59,732 bases of DNA from a virus. Lineage: Duplodnaviria > Caudoviricetes. Within the stretch, counting starts at the first letter, position 1. Each line of letters starts with the position of its first letter. Under the pieces are notes generated by a model. That model worked only from the letters and a program-made list of their open reading frames with translations. It was not told the origin of the DNA and made no database searches. Position numbers and translations under genes: made by a program. The stretch lies in IMG/VR virus record IMGVR_UViG_3300032893_000049, positions 1-59,732 of that record; one strand, written 5' to 3'. Below are positions 34,915 through 42,933 of this stretch, in pieces.

Positions 34915-35207
34915 TCTGGTACACGATCGAGCAGGCCGCCGAACGCGTCGGCCGACACCCGTCCACGATCCGCGCCTGGATCGCCTCCGGCCGGCTGCCC
35001 GTCATTCACCACGACCTCGTGCCCGGCGTCCGCTTCGTCGCCGAGGACGCGCTCCTAGCCGCCTTCGCGGCCGCCCGCCAGGCCCACGGCGGCCCGACAC
35101 GCTTCGGGACCAACAGTGCAGGTCAGCACGGTAACGCGTGCTACTCTCCCGATCGTCGGAGCAGTGCACCCACCGAACCCGAGACCGGTGCCCCCGACCC
35201 CCCATGA
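34911..35207 (+). CDS. HTH DNA-binding protein (MerR/xis-like)
   Basis: YTIEQAAERVGRHPSTIRAWIASGRL. Confidence 0.8.
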   Translation: MIWYTIEQAAERVGRHPSTIRAWIASGRLPVIHHDLVPGVRFVAEDALLAAFAAARQAHGGPTRFGTNSAGQHGNACYSPDRRSSAPTEPETGAPDPP

Positions 35208-35434
35208 TCACCATCACCCGGACCCACCGCGCCCGCCTGTCCTGGCCCTGGCTCCGCTGGTGCCTTCTCGACCGGCGCTGCCGCTCCCACAGTTGCCCGC
35301 CCGACCTCTACATCCACCCTCTCGGCCTGATCGTCCGGTTCAGGGACGACACCGACCCGTGGGGCATCAGCGGCGACCGGGCCACCGTCGTCACGATGCG
35401 CCCCGTCACCGAACCCGACGAGGAGGCGTGGTGA
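35204..35434 (+). CDS. Hypothetical protein
   Basis: ATGA coupling. Confidence 0.5.
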   Translation: MITITRTHRARLSWPWLRWCLLDRRCRSHSCPPDLYIHPLGLIVRFRDDTDPWGISGDRATVVTMRPVTEPDEEAW

Positions 35435-35568
35435 CCCGCGGGAAGCTCCTCGGCCGGGCCGCGGCCCGCACCCAGCGCGACCGGTGCCTCCGCCGTACCC
35501 GGGACTGCTGCGATCACCGACGTCAGCGGCGACGCGAGAACCGCCAGTGGCAGCGGGAGCCCTGGTGA
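35431..35568 (+). CDS. Small basic peptide
   Basis: GGAGG RBS; LLGR…CC…RE-x-R-x-W-x-RE, paralogous to next gene. Confidence 0.45.
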   Translation: MTRGKLLGRAAARTQRDRCLRRTRDCCDHRRQRRRENRQWQREPW

Positions 35569-35819
35569 GTCACGCCCGGATGCTCGGCCGGCTCGGCTGG
35601 CACGGCCAATGCGCCTGCTGCAACGGCCCCGCCTGCGACAAGCGCGCCGAGGACCGGGCCTGGCGACGCGAGTGGGACCGCGAACAGGACGAGCAGTACC
35701 GGGAGACGTGGAAGGCCCACATGTGGGAGTCCCGACACCTCCCCCCAGACGCCCCGCTAGCTCCGTCGGGTTGGGCATCGGCCAGCTCTCAAGGCTGGCT
35801 ACGGCGTGGCGGACCCTGA
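35565..35819 (+). CDS. Small Cys-rich protein
   Basis: MLGR…CACC…KRAEDRAWRRE. Confidence 0.5.
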   Translation: MSHARMLGRLGWHGQCACCNGPACDKRAEDRAWRREWDREQDEQYRETWKAHMWESRHLPPDAPLAPSGWASASSQGWLRRGGP

Positions 35820-35874
35820 AAACGGAGCACCAACGCGTAGTCTCGTCAACCGGCAGCCGCCGGGCAGGGTGTGG

Positions 35875-36351
35875 TCAGGACCCGACGGCCAGGCACGTCG
35901 AGCACCGGTACCACGACCGGCGACCTCTACCGCGCCGCTCACCCATCCGGATAGGGTCCGGCCCCGGGTGAGCGCCCACCACGGGGCAGGGACAGCCGCG
36001 GCGGGCACCGATGACCAGTCCCCGAGGGGCCGCCGGCGAGCTGGAGCCACCCGGCAGAGAAGGCGCCGACCCGGCGGCCCCTGCGCCACGGCTTCCAAGC
36101 TCAGGTGGGAGAGCGCCCCGCTGAAAACGGGGAGGGTCGCGGGAGGCCACCTCGTCCGGCACCCACACCAGCTCGTACCCGCGCCGGGCCAGCTCCCGCC
36201 ACACCTGCCGCGCGTCCCGCCCCAGCACACCCCACCGCCGCGCGTACGGCGCCACCTCGGACACCCGCCCGTCAGCCACGACCAGCCCCACCGTCGCCGA
36301 CGGCGTCCGGCACCAGATCAACCCCTCAGGGGACCCCACAGCCACCCCCAA
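35875..36351 (-). CDS. Hypothetical protein; only the first ~65 aa look genuine
   Basis: GGAGG RBS; GLVVADGRVSEVAPYARRW; remainder reads antisense through the tRNA-Phe fragment. Confidence 0.4.
   Translation of the reverse strand: MGVAVGSPEGLIWCRTPSATVGLVVADGRVSEVAPYARRWGVLGRDARQVWRELARRGYELVWVPDEVASRDPPRFQRGALPPELGSRGAGAAGSAPSLPGGSSSPAAPRGLVIGARRGCPCPVVGAHPGPDPIRMGERRGRGRRSWYRCSTCLAVGS
36090..36143 (+). pseudogene. 5' fragment of tRNA-Phe(GAA), truncated at the T loop
   Basis: GCTC-AGGTGGGA-GAGC D arm, CCCCG-CTGAAAA-CGGGG anticodon arm, GCGGG; no TTCG and no complement to GGCTTCC. Confidence 0.6.
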
Positions 36352-36468
36352 CCTCCGGCGCCCGGTTGCCTAGGACCGGGGCGCCGGCCAGCTGGGTGAC
36401 TTTCCGACCCAGGGCCCAAGACCAATGCCCCTGTGCACGAACCGGGTCACCACCGAGGCTACCCGCAG

Positions 36469-36543
36469 CTGGCCCAGCGGGACTCGAACCCGCCACCCCC
36501 GGTTCCGTAGACCGGTGCGCTGTCCAACTACGCCCATGGGCCA
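36469..36543 (-). tRNA. tRNA-Arg(ACG)
   Basis: TGGCCCA/TGGGCCA, CCGGT-CTACGGA-ACCGG, GCGGG-TTCGAGT-CCCGC. Confidence 0.85.
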
Positions 36544-36602
36544 AGGCCAGCCCCCGCAGCCACCCGCACGGCGGTACCACCACACGGACCACGAGAACCG
36601 GG

Positions 36603-36674
36603 TGGACCCACGGGGACTCGAACCCCGAACCCCCTGCTTGCAAGGCAGGCGCTCTCCCATTGAGCTACAGGCCC
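36603..36674 (-). tRNA. tRNA-Ala(TGC)
   Basis: G3:U70 pair, CCTGC-CTTGCAA-GCAGG, A73. Confidence 0.92.
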
Positions 36675-36678
36675 CAAG

Positions 36679-36752
36679 GGTGGGCGACGGGACTCGAACC
36701 CGCAGCCTCCGCTGCCACAGAGCGACGCTCCACCCACCGAGCTCCACCCACC
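36679..36752 (-). tRNA. tRNA-His(GTG)
   Basis: G-1:C73, TCGCT-CTGTGGC-AGCGG, GCGGG-TTCGAGT-CCCGT. Confidence 0.85.
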
Positions 36753-36857
36753 ACAAGCCAGCCTGCCACCCGCCACCGACAGCCCGCACCGCCATAACCC
36801 GCCCCCCGCGGGCACGACCCCCCATCTCATGACGGTCTCAGGCTCGGGGAGGGTGTC

Positions 36858-37520
36858 ATGGCGGTGGCGATCTGCGGCGCGAAGAAGCGGCAGGGTGACG
36901 GCACCTGCGGCCAGCCGGCCGGGTGGGGCACCGACCACCTCGGGATCGGGTCGTGCAAGCTGCACGGCGGGAACACCCCAGGTCAGCGGCAGAAGGCCCG
37001 GGAGGAGCAGACCCGGCAGTTGGCCCGCACGCTCGGGGTGCCGGTGGAGGGCCTGGACCCGAAGGAGTCGATCCTGCGGGAGATCGCCTGGTCGGCGGGG
37101 CACGTCGCCTGGTACCGGGCGCAGGTGCAGGCGCTGGACCCGGACGCCCTGGTCCGGGGGGTCCGGCGGGTCGAGGTGACGACCTACTCGGGGTTCCAGG
37201 TGGGGGAGGAGCGCACCCAGGAGGCCGGCCCGGACGTGCATCTGCTGCTGCGGCTCTACAACGAGGAACGGGACCGGCACACGAAGCTGTGCGTGGACGC
37301 GATCCGGTTGGGGATCGAGGAGCGCCGGGTGCAGCTGCAGTCCGAGCAGGGCGCGCGGCTGGTGGAGGGCCTGGGCTGGCTGGTGGCGCTGACGGCGTCC
37401 AAGCTGTCTCTGCAGGCGCAGGCGCTGGACGTGATGCGGGCCGCGGTGGGGGAGCTGCTGCGGGTGCTGGCGTCGGGTGCGCCGTTCCCGAGAGTGCCGG
37501 CCGCGCTCACCGCGGGCTGA
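36858..37520 (+). CDS. Probable terminase small subunit (HGG Zn-motif type)
   Basis: CGAKKR…C…AGWGTDH…CKLHGG, LYNEERDR…LGIEER. Confidence 0.65.
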   Translation: MAVAICGAKKRQGDGTCGQPAGWGTDHLGIGSCKLHGGNTPGQRQKAREEQTRQLARTLGVPVEGLDPKESILREIAWSAGHVAWYRAQVQALDPDALVRGVRRVEVTTYSGFQVGEERTQEAGPDVHLLLRLYNEERDRHTKLCVDAIRLGIEERRVQLQSEQGARLVEGLGWLVALTASKLSLQAQALDVMRAAVGELLRVLASGAPFPRVPAALTAG

Positions 37521-37569
37521 GTACCACCTGCGGAAACGTGACACTCGAACCGGTCGGTAACTTGCCGGG

Positions 37570-38097
37570 TCAGGCCTCCCGGGCGGTCACGCTGACGGTG
37601 GTGCCCTGCCAGGGCTGGCCCGGGAATCCCGCCGGGTCCTCTCGGTGCAACCTGGCGCGCTGCTGCGCACTGGCGCGGTCGCGGTCCTCACCGAACCCGC
37701 CATTGCCGCAGGAGCACACCCAGACGGTGTGGAACTCACGCCGGTAGCGCCCGCACGACCCGTTGCTCTTGGTGATGTACCGCTCCCCGTTGTCTACCTC
37801 GAATGTGCGGGTCCGGTGGCCGCCGGCGCGCCGGGCGACCTTGGCGTTGTACCCGTGCTCGGTGAGCACCATCGCCAGGGACGGCACGTCGGAGTCGAGC
37901 AGCACCCAGAACTTGCCGCTGAGGTGGGTCCGGGCGGGCCGCACCCGGTCCGGGGCGAACCCGGCGGCGCGAGCGGCCTTGACCGCCTCAGCCTTGGTCC
38001 GCCACCTCATCGACTCGTGGTGGACCACGAGCCAGCCCCGCTCGTCGGTGCGGATCGGGAAGCGCGCACCAGCGTGGTGCACCTGCGGCTCGGTCAC
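37570..38097 (-). CDS. Hypothetical protein
   Basis: AGGAGG RBS; C-terminal CSCG…H. Confidence 0.65.
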   Translation of the reverse strand: MTEPQVHHAGARFPIRTDERGWLVVHHESMRWRTKAEAVKAARAAGFAPDRVRPARTHLSGKFWVLLDSDVPSLAMVLTEHGYNAKVARRAGGHRTRTFEVDNGERYITKSNGSCGRYRREFHTVWVCSCGNGGFGEDRDRASAQQRARLHREDPAGFPGQPWQGTTVSVTAREA

Positions 38098-38112
38098 GGT
38101 CGGCTCCTCCTG

Positions 38113-38487
38113 TCAGCGGTAGTTGCGCCGGTACGCGGTGACGCCGCAGCGGCCGCAGATCTCCCAGTCGGGGGTCGGCTCGTCCACCCAGTCGTGGGCG
38201 CCGCCGGTCTCGTGGCACGGCTCGTCGGCCGGGTCCACCTCGTCGGCCTGGTCCTCGACCAGGGTGACGACGCGGTCGAGGCGGGCCCAGCGGCCGTCGG
38301 GGAAGACGACCCGCGGGTACCCCTGGTGGAACCCGTCGATGGTGCCGACCATCTCCTGGCCCTCCCAGGTGGTGAAGATCGCCTTGCGGCCGATCCACCA
38401 CGGGCGGGAGTCCTCGCCGGGCATGAACTGTCCGGTGATGGGGTGCTTGCCGTCGGCCCGGTAGGTGACGGTGCGGGTGGCCTGCAT
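38113..38487 (-). CDS. Hypothetical protein
   Basis: GAGGAG RBS; C…H…CxxC tail. Confidence 0.65.
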   Translation of the reverse strand: MQATRTVTYRADGKHPITGQFMPGEDSRPWWIGRKAIFTTWEGQEMVGTIDGFHQGYPRVVFPDGRWARLDRVVTLVEDQADEVDPADEPCHETGGAHDWVDEPTPDWEICGRCGVTAYRRNYR

Positions 38488-38496
38488 GTCTGCTCC

Positions 38497-38865
38497 TCAG
38501 GGGTTGAGGCCGTGGCGCCGCAGGGCGGCGAGGTCGATCTGGGCGTACCTGGCGTAGGCCTTGAGCTCGCCGAGGGCGCCCCGGTAGCCGGTGGCGCGGT
38601 CCCGGCCGGGCTGGCGGGAGGTGCCGCCGAGGCGCGGGTCGTAGTTGCCGCGGTAGATGGTGCCCCACAGGACCCGCCCGGACTTGGCGCCGACCTCGAT
38701 GACGCCGAACCCGGCGAACTCGCCGGTGCCGTTGAGGGCGATGCGGTACTTGCCGCGGTAGACGTCCTGGAGGACGGGCTGCAGGCCGAGCTTGGCGGCG
38801 AGGTTGATCAGCCGCTGGGCGGAGGTGGACGGGGCCGGCGCCGGGCGGGTGGTCTGGGTGGCCAT
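38497..38865 (-). CDS. Hypothetical protein
   Basis: AGGAGG RBS. Confidence 0.65.
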   Translation of the reverse strand: MATQTTRPAPAPSTSAQRLINLAAKLGLQPVLQDVYRGKYRIALNGTGEFAGFGVIEVGAKSGRVLWGTIYRGNYDPRLGGTSRQPGRDRATGYRGALGELKAYARYAQIDLAALRRHGLNP

Positions 38866-38999
38866 GTCGTCCTCCTGTGGTTGTGGTGGGTGCTCGGTCC
38901 GGCCCCCGGCTACTACTCCGGTGTGCTCCGCTCCCCGTCACGCCTGCGGCGTCGGCGGTGGCTGTCCGGCTGCTTCGCCGGGGGCCGTTCCTTGCTGAC

Positions 39000-39034
39000 A
39001 GGACTATTAAACCGTACATGCGGCTGCCAGTCAA
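39000..39034 (-). promoter_or_regulatory. Shared promoter motif copy 6
   Basis: TTGACT-N17-TTTAAT-AGTCCT. Confidence 0.75.
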
Positions 39035-39058
39035 GTCCTGACGAAATAGGGATCCGGC

Positions 39059-39096
39059 TTGACTGTAGACCTGATTTACGGTTTACTAGTCACATG
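39059..39096 (+). promoter_or_regulatory. Shared promoter motif copy 7 (leaderless)
   Basis: TTGACT-N17-TTTACT-AGTCAC-ATG. Confidence 0.75.
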
Positions 39097-39426
39097 ATGA
39101 CGCCGGACATCACCTGCACCCGGTGCGGGCGGCCCCTCACCAGCCCGGCCAGCGTCAAGGCCAGGATGGGCGCCACCTGCGCGAGGCGGGTCCGTCAGGC
39201 CCGCGAGGTCGCCGCCACGTTCAAGGCCCGGCAGGTGGAGAAGGCGCTGGAGGTGTTGGACCTGCACGCGATCGTGCTGGCCCGCAGGGGGCGCCGGGTG
39301 TTCCGGGTGGTGTCGTCGGACGGGTCGCGCCGCTACCTGACGACGGTGCGGGCGTGCACGTGCCCGGCTGGGGCGAAGGGGCGTCCGTGTTACCACCGGG
39401 CCGCCGCCGTCCTCCTCACTGCTTGA
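39094..39426 (+). CDS. DUF6011-like Zn finger plus SWIM Zn finger protein
   Basis: CTRCGRPLT…S…G-x-x-C; CTCPAG…CYH. Confidence 0.75.
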   Translation: MMTPDITCTRCGRPLTSPASVKARMGATCARRVRQAREVAATFKARQVEKALEVLDLHAIVLARRGRRVFRVVSSDGSRRYLTTVRACTCPAGAKGRPCYHRAAAVLLTA

Positions 39427-39460
39427 CAGATGACCGTATCTACGGTCTAATAGTCACATG
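39423..39460 (+). promoter_or_regulatory. Shared promoter motif copy 8 (leaderless)
   Basis: TTGACA-N17-TCTAAT-AGTCAC-ATG. Confidence 0.75.
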
Positions 39461-40378
39461 ATGAACGACGCCCCCCGCCACCGCCACTACCTCGGCTCCT
39501 GCCCCACCTGCGGGCACGGCCTCGCCAACACCGAAACCGCCACCGCCACCTGCACCAACTGCTCCACCACCGTCGTCCTCTCCCGCATCATCGCCGTCTA
39601 CGCCGAGCACGCCCCCTGCGACGCCTCCTGCATGTACGCCGCCGGCCCCAACTGCTCGTGCAACTGCGGCGGAGACAACCACGGCCGCGGCTACATCGCC
39701 CCCGTCGGTGAGCGCCCCGTCTGGGTGACCAAGCGGGACACCGACCGCCACGCCGCCAAGCTGGCCCGCGCCGAGGCCAAGGCCCGCGACGAGCGCACCG
39801 CCGCCCAGCGCGAGCAGGACCGCCTCCTCGCCCAGCACCCGCAGCTGGCCCGCCTCACCCACTGCCAGGACGGGTCGGACTTCATGGCCGACATGCTCAG
39901 CGCGTTCGAGGCCGGCAAGATGACCCCCCGCCAGGCCGACGCCGCCGCCCGCGCCGTCGACCGGCACGAAGTCCGGGAGGCCCGCCGCGCCGAGCAGGCC
40001 GCCCGCGTCCAGGCCGCCGTCGAAGCCGGCGTGACCCTCCCCACCGGCCGGGTCACCATCACCGGCGAGATCGTGTCGATCCGGGAGCAGGAGAACCCCT
40101 TCTCGTACAACAGCAGCACCTGGAAGATGGTCGTCGCCTCCCCGGAGGGCTGGCGGGTGTGGATGACCTGCCCGGACAACCTGGTGTCGCAGGCGATGGA
40201 CGAGCAGTACGCGGCGCAGACCAGCGCGGGGTCCAAGACGTTCGTGCCCTGGACGCAGTACCTGCTGGGCCGTGAGGTGACCGTCACCGTGACGATCAGC
40301 CCGTCGGACAAGGACCCGCTGTTCGGGTTCGGCAAGACCCCGAAGAAGGCGACGGTGGGGCAGCCCGTCGCGGCGTGA
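39458..40378 (+). CDS. Cys-rich N-terminus plus possible OB-fold C-terminus protein
   Basis: CDASC…CSCNCGGDNHG; FMADM…TPRQ; GRVTITGEIVS…FGFGK-x-P. Confidence 0.7.
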   Translation: MMNDAPRHRHYLGSCPTCGHGLANTETATATCTNCSTTVVLSRIIAVYAEHAPCDASCMYAAGPNCSCNCGGDNHGRGYIAPVGERPVWVTKRDTDRHAAKLARAEAKARDERTAAQREQDRLLAQHPQLARLTHCQDGSDFMADMLSAFEAGKMTPRQADAAARAVDRHEVREARRAEQAARVQAAVEAGVTLPTGRVTITGEIVSIREQENPFSYNSSTWKMVVASPEGWRVWMTCPDNLVSQAMDEQYAAQTSAGSKTFVPWTQYLLGREVTVTVTISPSDKDPLFGFGKTPKKATVGQPVAA

Positions 40379-40411
40379 GGGGACCGGGGCCGACTACCCC
40401 GCACCGCCTCG

Positions 40412-40447
40412 GAAGGCCCCCACCTGTGACCACGGGAGGGGGCCTTC
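40412..40447 (+). terminator. Terminator hairpin
   Basis: gaaggccccc…gggggccttc. Confidence 0.6.
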
Positions 40448-40450
40448 GTC

Positions 40451-40681
40451 GTGCGCAGGTTCCAACTCCACCGCCACGCCGACGTGAGTGGCGTGTCCGG
40501 GACGGGTGTGGTCGCTGAGGGCGTCGCCTTCACCGACGGCACCACCGTCATCCGGTGGCTGTCCGACACCCCCTCCACCGTCTTGTGGCCCTCCATTGAC
40601 GCCGCGATGCGCGTGCACGGCAACGGCGGCGCCACCGAACTGCGGTGGCTCGACCCCGACACACCCCGCCACCTCTGGTGA
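40451..40681 (+). CDS. Conserved small phage protein
   Basis: RRFQLHRHADVSGVSGTGVVAEGV-x-F-x-DG…VHG-x-GG-x-T. Confidence 0.8.
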   Translation: MRRFQLHRHADVSGVSGTGVVAEGVAFTDGTTVIRWLSDTPSTVLWPSIDAAMRVHGNGGATELRWLDPDTPRHLW

Positions 40682-40779
40682 CCCGAGGCCGCCACCGAGC
40701 AGGCCCGCCACCACCCCCAGCACCGCCCCGCGTCACGGGGCGGCACCTGCCGCGCCAACACCTGTCGAGGAGCTTCCCC

Positions 40780-41043
40780 GTGGCCGTCCAGATCACCGCG
40801 TTCACCGTCCCCGCCGCCGCCACCGCCGGCGTCCCCTTCCCCGCCACCGTCACCGCCGCCGGCGGCGCCTCCCGCACCATCACCCTCACCGCCACCGCCA
40901 CCGACCTCGCCGGCGGCACCGCCACCCAGGACGCCCAGGTCGTCGTCACCGACCCCGTCACCATCCGGCTCACCACCAACGACCCCAACACCGTGATCAC
41001 GCCCGGCGCGCAGCCCGGCGAGTTCACCGTCGTCGCCAACTGA
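40780..41043 (+). CDS. Thr-rich beta-strand protein (Ig-like, putative virion)
   Basis: GAGGAG RBS; RTITLTATATD. Confidence 0.6.
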   Translation: MAVQITAFTVPAAATAGVPFPATVTAAGGASRTITLTATATDLAGGTATQDAQVVVTDPVTIRLTTNDPNTVITPGAQPGEFTVVAN

Positions 41044-41045
41044 CC

Positions 41046-41216
41046 GTGCGGCTGCCGCTTCCCCCGCTGCACCGGCGCGCCCGCACCATCCGGCTCACCG
41101 CCACAGCTGTCGCAGCCGACGGCACCACCGCGACCCGCACCGTCCGGGTGCGGGTGAACCCCCGCCCGCCCCGACACCGCCACGAACCAGCCCGGCCCTG
41201 GCGGCACGTCCGCTGA
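41046..41216 (+). CDS. Small basic paralog of preceding gene
   Basis: RTIRLTATAVAADGTTAT. Confidence 0.5.
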   Translation: MRLPLPPLHRRARTIRLTATAVAADGTTATRTVRVRVNPRPPRHRHEPARPWRHVR

Positions 41217-41227
41217 GAGGAGCACCG

Positions 41228-41425
41228 ATGGCCCTCGACCCGTCCCAGGTGGACGAGGAGTCCCGCGCCAACGCCCACGACCTGCTCAACGAGCTGGAGG
41301 AGACGCTGACCGGCCGGTTCGGCGCGTCGAACCCGGCCCGCGTCGAGCAGCTCAAGGCGCACCTGCCCACCCTCCACATGATCGTCGACCACCTGCACGA
41401 GGAGACCCCGGGCGTCCCCGCCTGA
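41228..41425 (+). CDS. Small acidic protein
   Basis: GAGGAG RBS; followed by hairpin at ~41461-41493. Confidence 0.65.
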   Translation: MALDPSQVDEESRANAHDLLNELEETLTGRFGASNPARVEQLKAHLPTLHMIVDHLHEETPGVPA

Positions 41426-41513
41426 CACCCGGAGCACCACCCCACCGCACCCCACCCCGGAGCCCCGGACCGCCCTTGCGCGGCCGGGGCTTTCGCATGC
41501 CCGGAGGAGACAC

Positions 41514-42026
41514 ATGTCCCGCTTCGCCGCCGCCGTCGAGTCCCAGACCGCCCAGGCGGCGGGGGCCCCGTCCGGCACCACCTTCAACGGCTACTTCGCC
41601 GCCCTCGTCGCGGGCGCGTCCGCGAACTTCAAGATCCGCCGCGTGCAGCTCGGTGTCCGCGCCGGCGCCTCGGTCCCCACCTCCCAGCAGATGACCATCG
41701 CCGTCTACCGGCAGACCGTCCGCGTCGTCGGCACCGGCTTCTCCACCAGCACCGGCAACGCCCTGGACCCCCGTGGCGCCGCCACCGCCATCACCGGCAT
41801 CGACGTCACCACCGCCACGGCCGCCGGCACCACCGGCCCCACGATCGCCGCGAACCCCCTCTACCGGTGGTCGTTCAACACCCAGTCCACTCTCGACCTG
41901 CCGCACGAGCTGCTGGAGGAGCTGATCTGCGACCAGGGCACCGCCAACGGCATTGCTTTCGTCAACATCGGCAACGCCCTCCCGGCCGCGCACCTGTTCA
42001 GCTTGGGTCTGGAGTGGGAGGAATAG
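41514..42026 (+). CDS. Putative virion structural protein (beta-sandwich)
   Basis: GGAGG RBS; Ala/Thr/Gly-rich; terminal LEWEE. Confidence 0.65.
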   Translation: MSRFAAAVESQTAQAAGAPSGTTFNGYFAALVAGASANFKIRRVQLGVRAGASVPTSQQMTIAVYRQTVRVVGTGFSTSTGNALDPRGAATAITGIDVTTATAAGTTGPTIAANPLYRWSFNTQSTLDLPHELLEELICDQGTANGIAFVNIGNALPAAHLFSLGLEWEE

Positions 42027-42109
42027 ACCCCAGTCCGGAGAAGTAGCCGCGTGAACCCGTTGCGACCCAACGGGTTCACGCCTGGCCCCTGATGTGAGGA
42101 GAACCAGCC

Positions 42110-42382
42110 GTGGCCGTGCTCGCCGGCAACCAGGTCACCTACGTGATGGGCGACAGCCGCACCGACCTCATGGCGCTGTACGCCATCCGCAACGTCAACA
42201 CCGGCGACACCCTCGACGTGTCCGCCCAGTTCACCTCCGCCAAGCTCGCCGTGGTCCTGTGGACCACCACCGCGAAGTCCGACAAGCTCACCGCCCCCGT
42301 CAACAACGTCGTCACCCTGTCCACGGCCAACCTCGCCAACGACGCGGGCTGGCTGATGGTCTGGGGAGCCGGAGGCGTGTAA
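42110..42382 (+). CDS. Putative virion structural protein
   Basis: GAGGAG RBS; beta-rich. Confidence 0.6.
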   Translation: MAVLAGNQVTYVMGDSRTDLMALYAIRNVNTGDTLDVSAQFTSAKLAVVLWTTTAKSDKLTAPVNNVVTLSTANLANDAGWLMVWGAGGV

Positions 42383-42918
42383 TGAGCCGCGCCTACTGGG
42401 TGGCGCCGCTCCCGCCGATGCACACCGCGGACGGGACGGCCCTGGCCAACTCCACCACCCTCACCGACATCTCCCCAGCCCCGTCCATCACGATCCCCGC
42501 GAACCTGCTGGAGGCCGGGTCGGAGCTGGAACTGTGGGCGCAGGGCAACTTCTCCACCACCGGCACCCCCACCCTGCTGATCGGCTTCTACTACGGCGGT
42601 GTCGCCGGTGTCGCGCTCGGCGCGACCACCGCGGTCACCACCGGGTCCGGTGCCGCGTCGTGGCCGTTCATCGCCCACTACCGGGGCGTGGTCCGCGCCT
42701 CCGGTAGCTCCGGGTCGATCCTCGGGCAGGGGTACTGCGTGCTCGGCACCAGCCTCACCGCCGGGCAGGTGAACATGCTGCCCGCCACCGCCGCGGCCCG
42801 CACCGTCACGATCGACACGACCACCGCGAAGGCCATCACCGTTGGCGCGCAGTGGGGCACCGCATCGAGCTCCAACACGATCACCCTGAACGACATCTCG
42901 GTCAAGCTCGTGTCCTGA
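42382..42918 (+). CDS. Putative virion structural protein (beta-sandwich)
   Basis: TIPANLL, TVTIDTT…ITVGAQWGTAS. Confidence 0.7.
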   Translation: MSRAYWVAPLPPMHTADGTALANSTTLTDISPAPSITIPANLLEAGSELELWAQGNFSTTGTPTLLIGFYYGGVAGVALGATTAVTTGSGAASWPFIAHYRGVVRASGSSGSILGQGYCVLGTSLTAGQVNMLPATAAARTVTIDTTTAKAITVGAQWGTASSSNTITLNDISVKLVS

Positions 42919-42933
42919 GCGGGGTGGTCGGCC

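Noticed and set aside
35795-36160. tmRNA or circularly permuted tRNA
   Set aside because: No tmRNA termini; upstream TGGAGCCA pairs imperfectly with GGCTTCC and has no T arm before it
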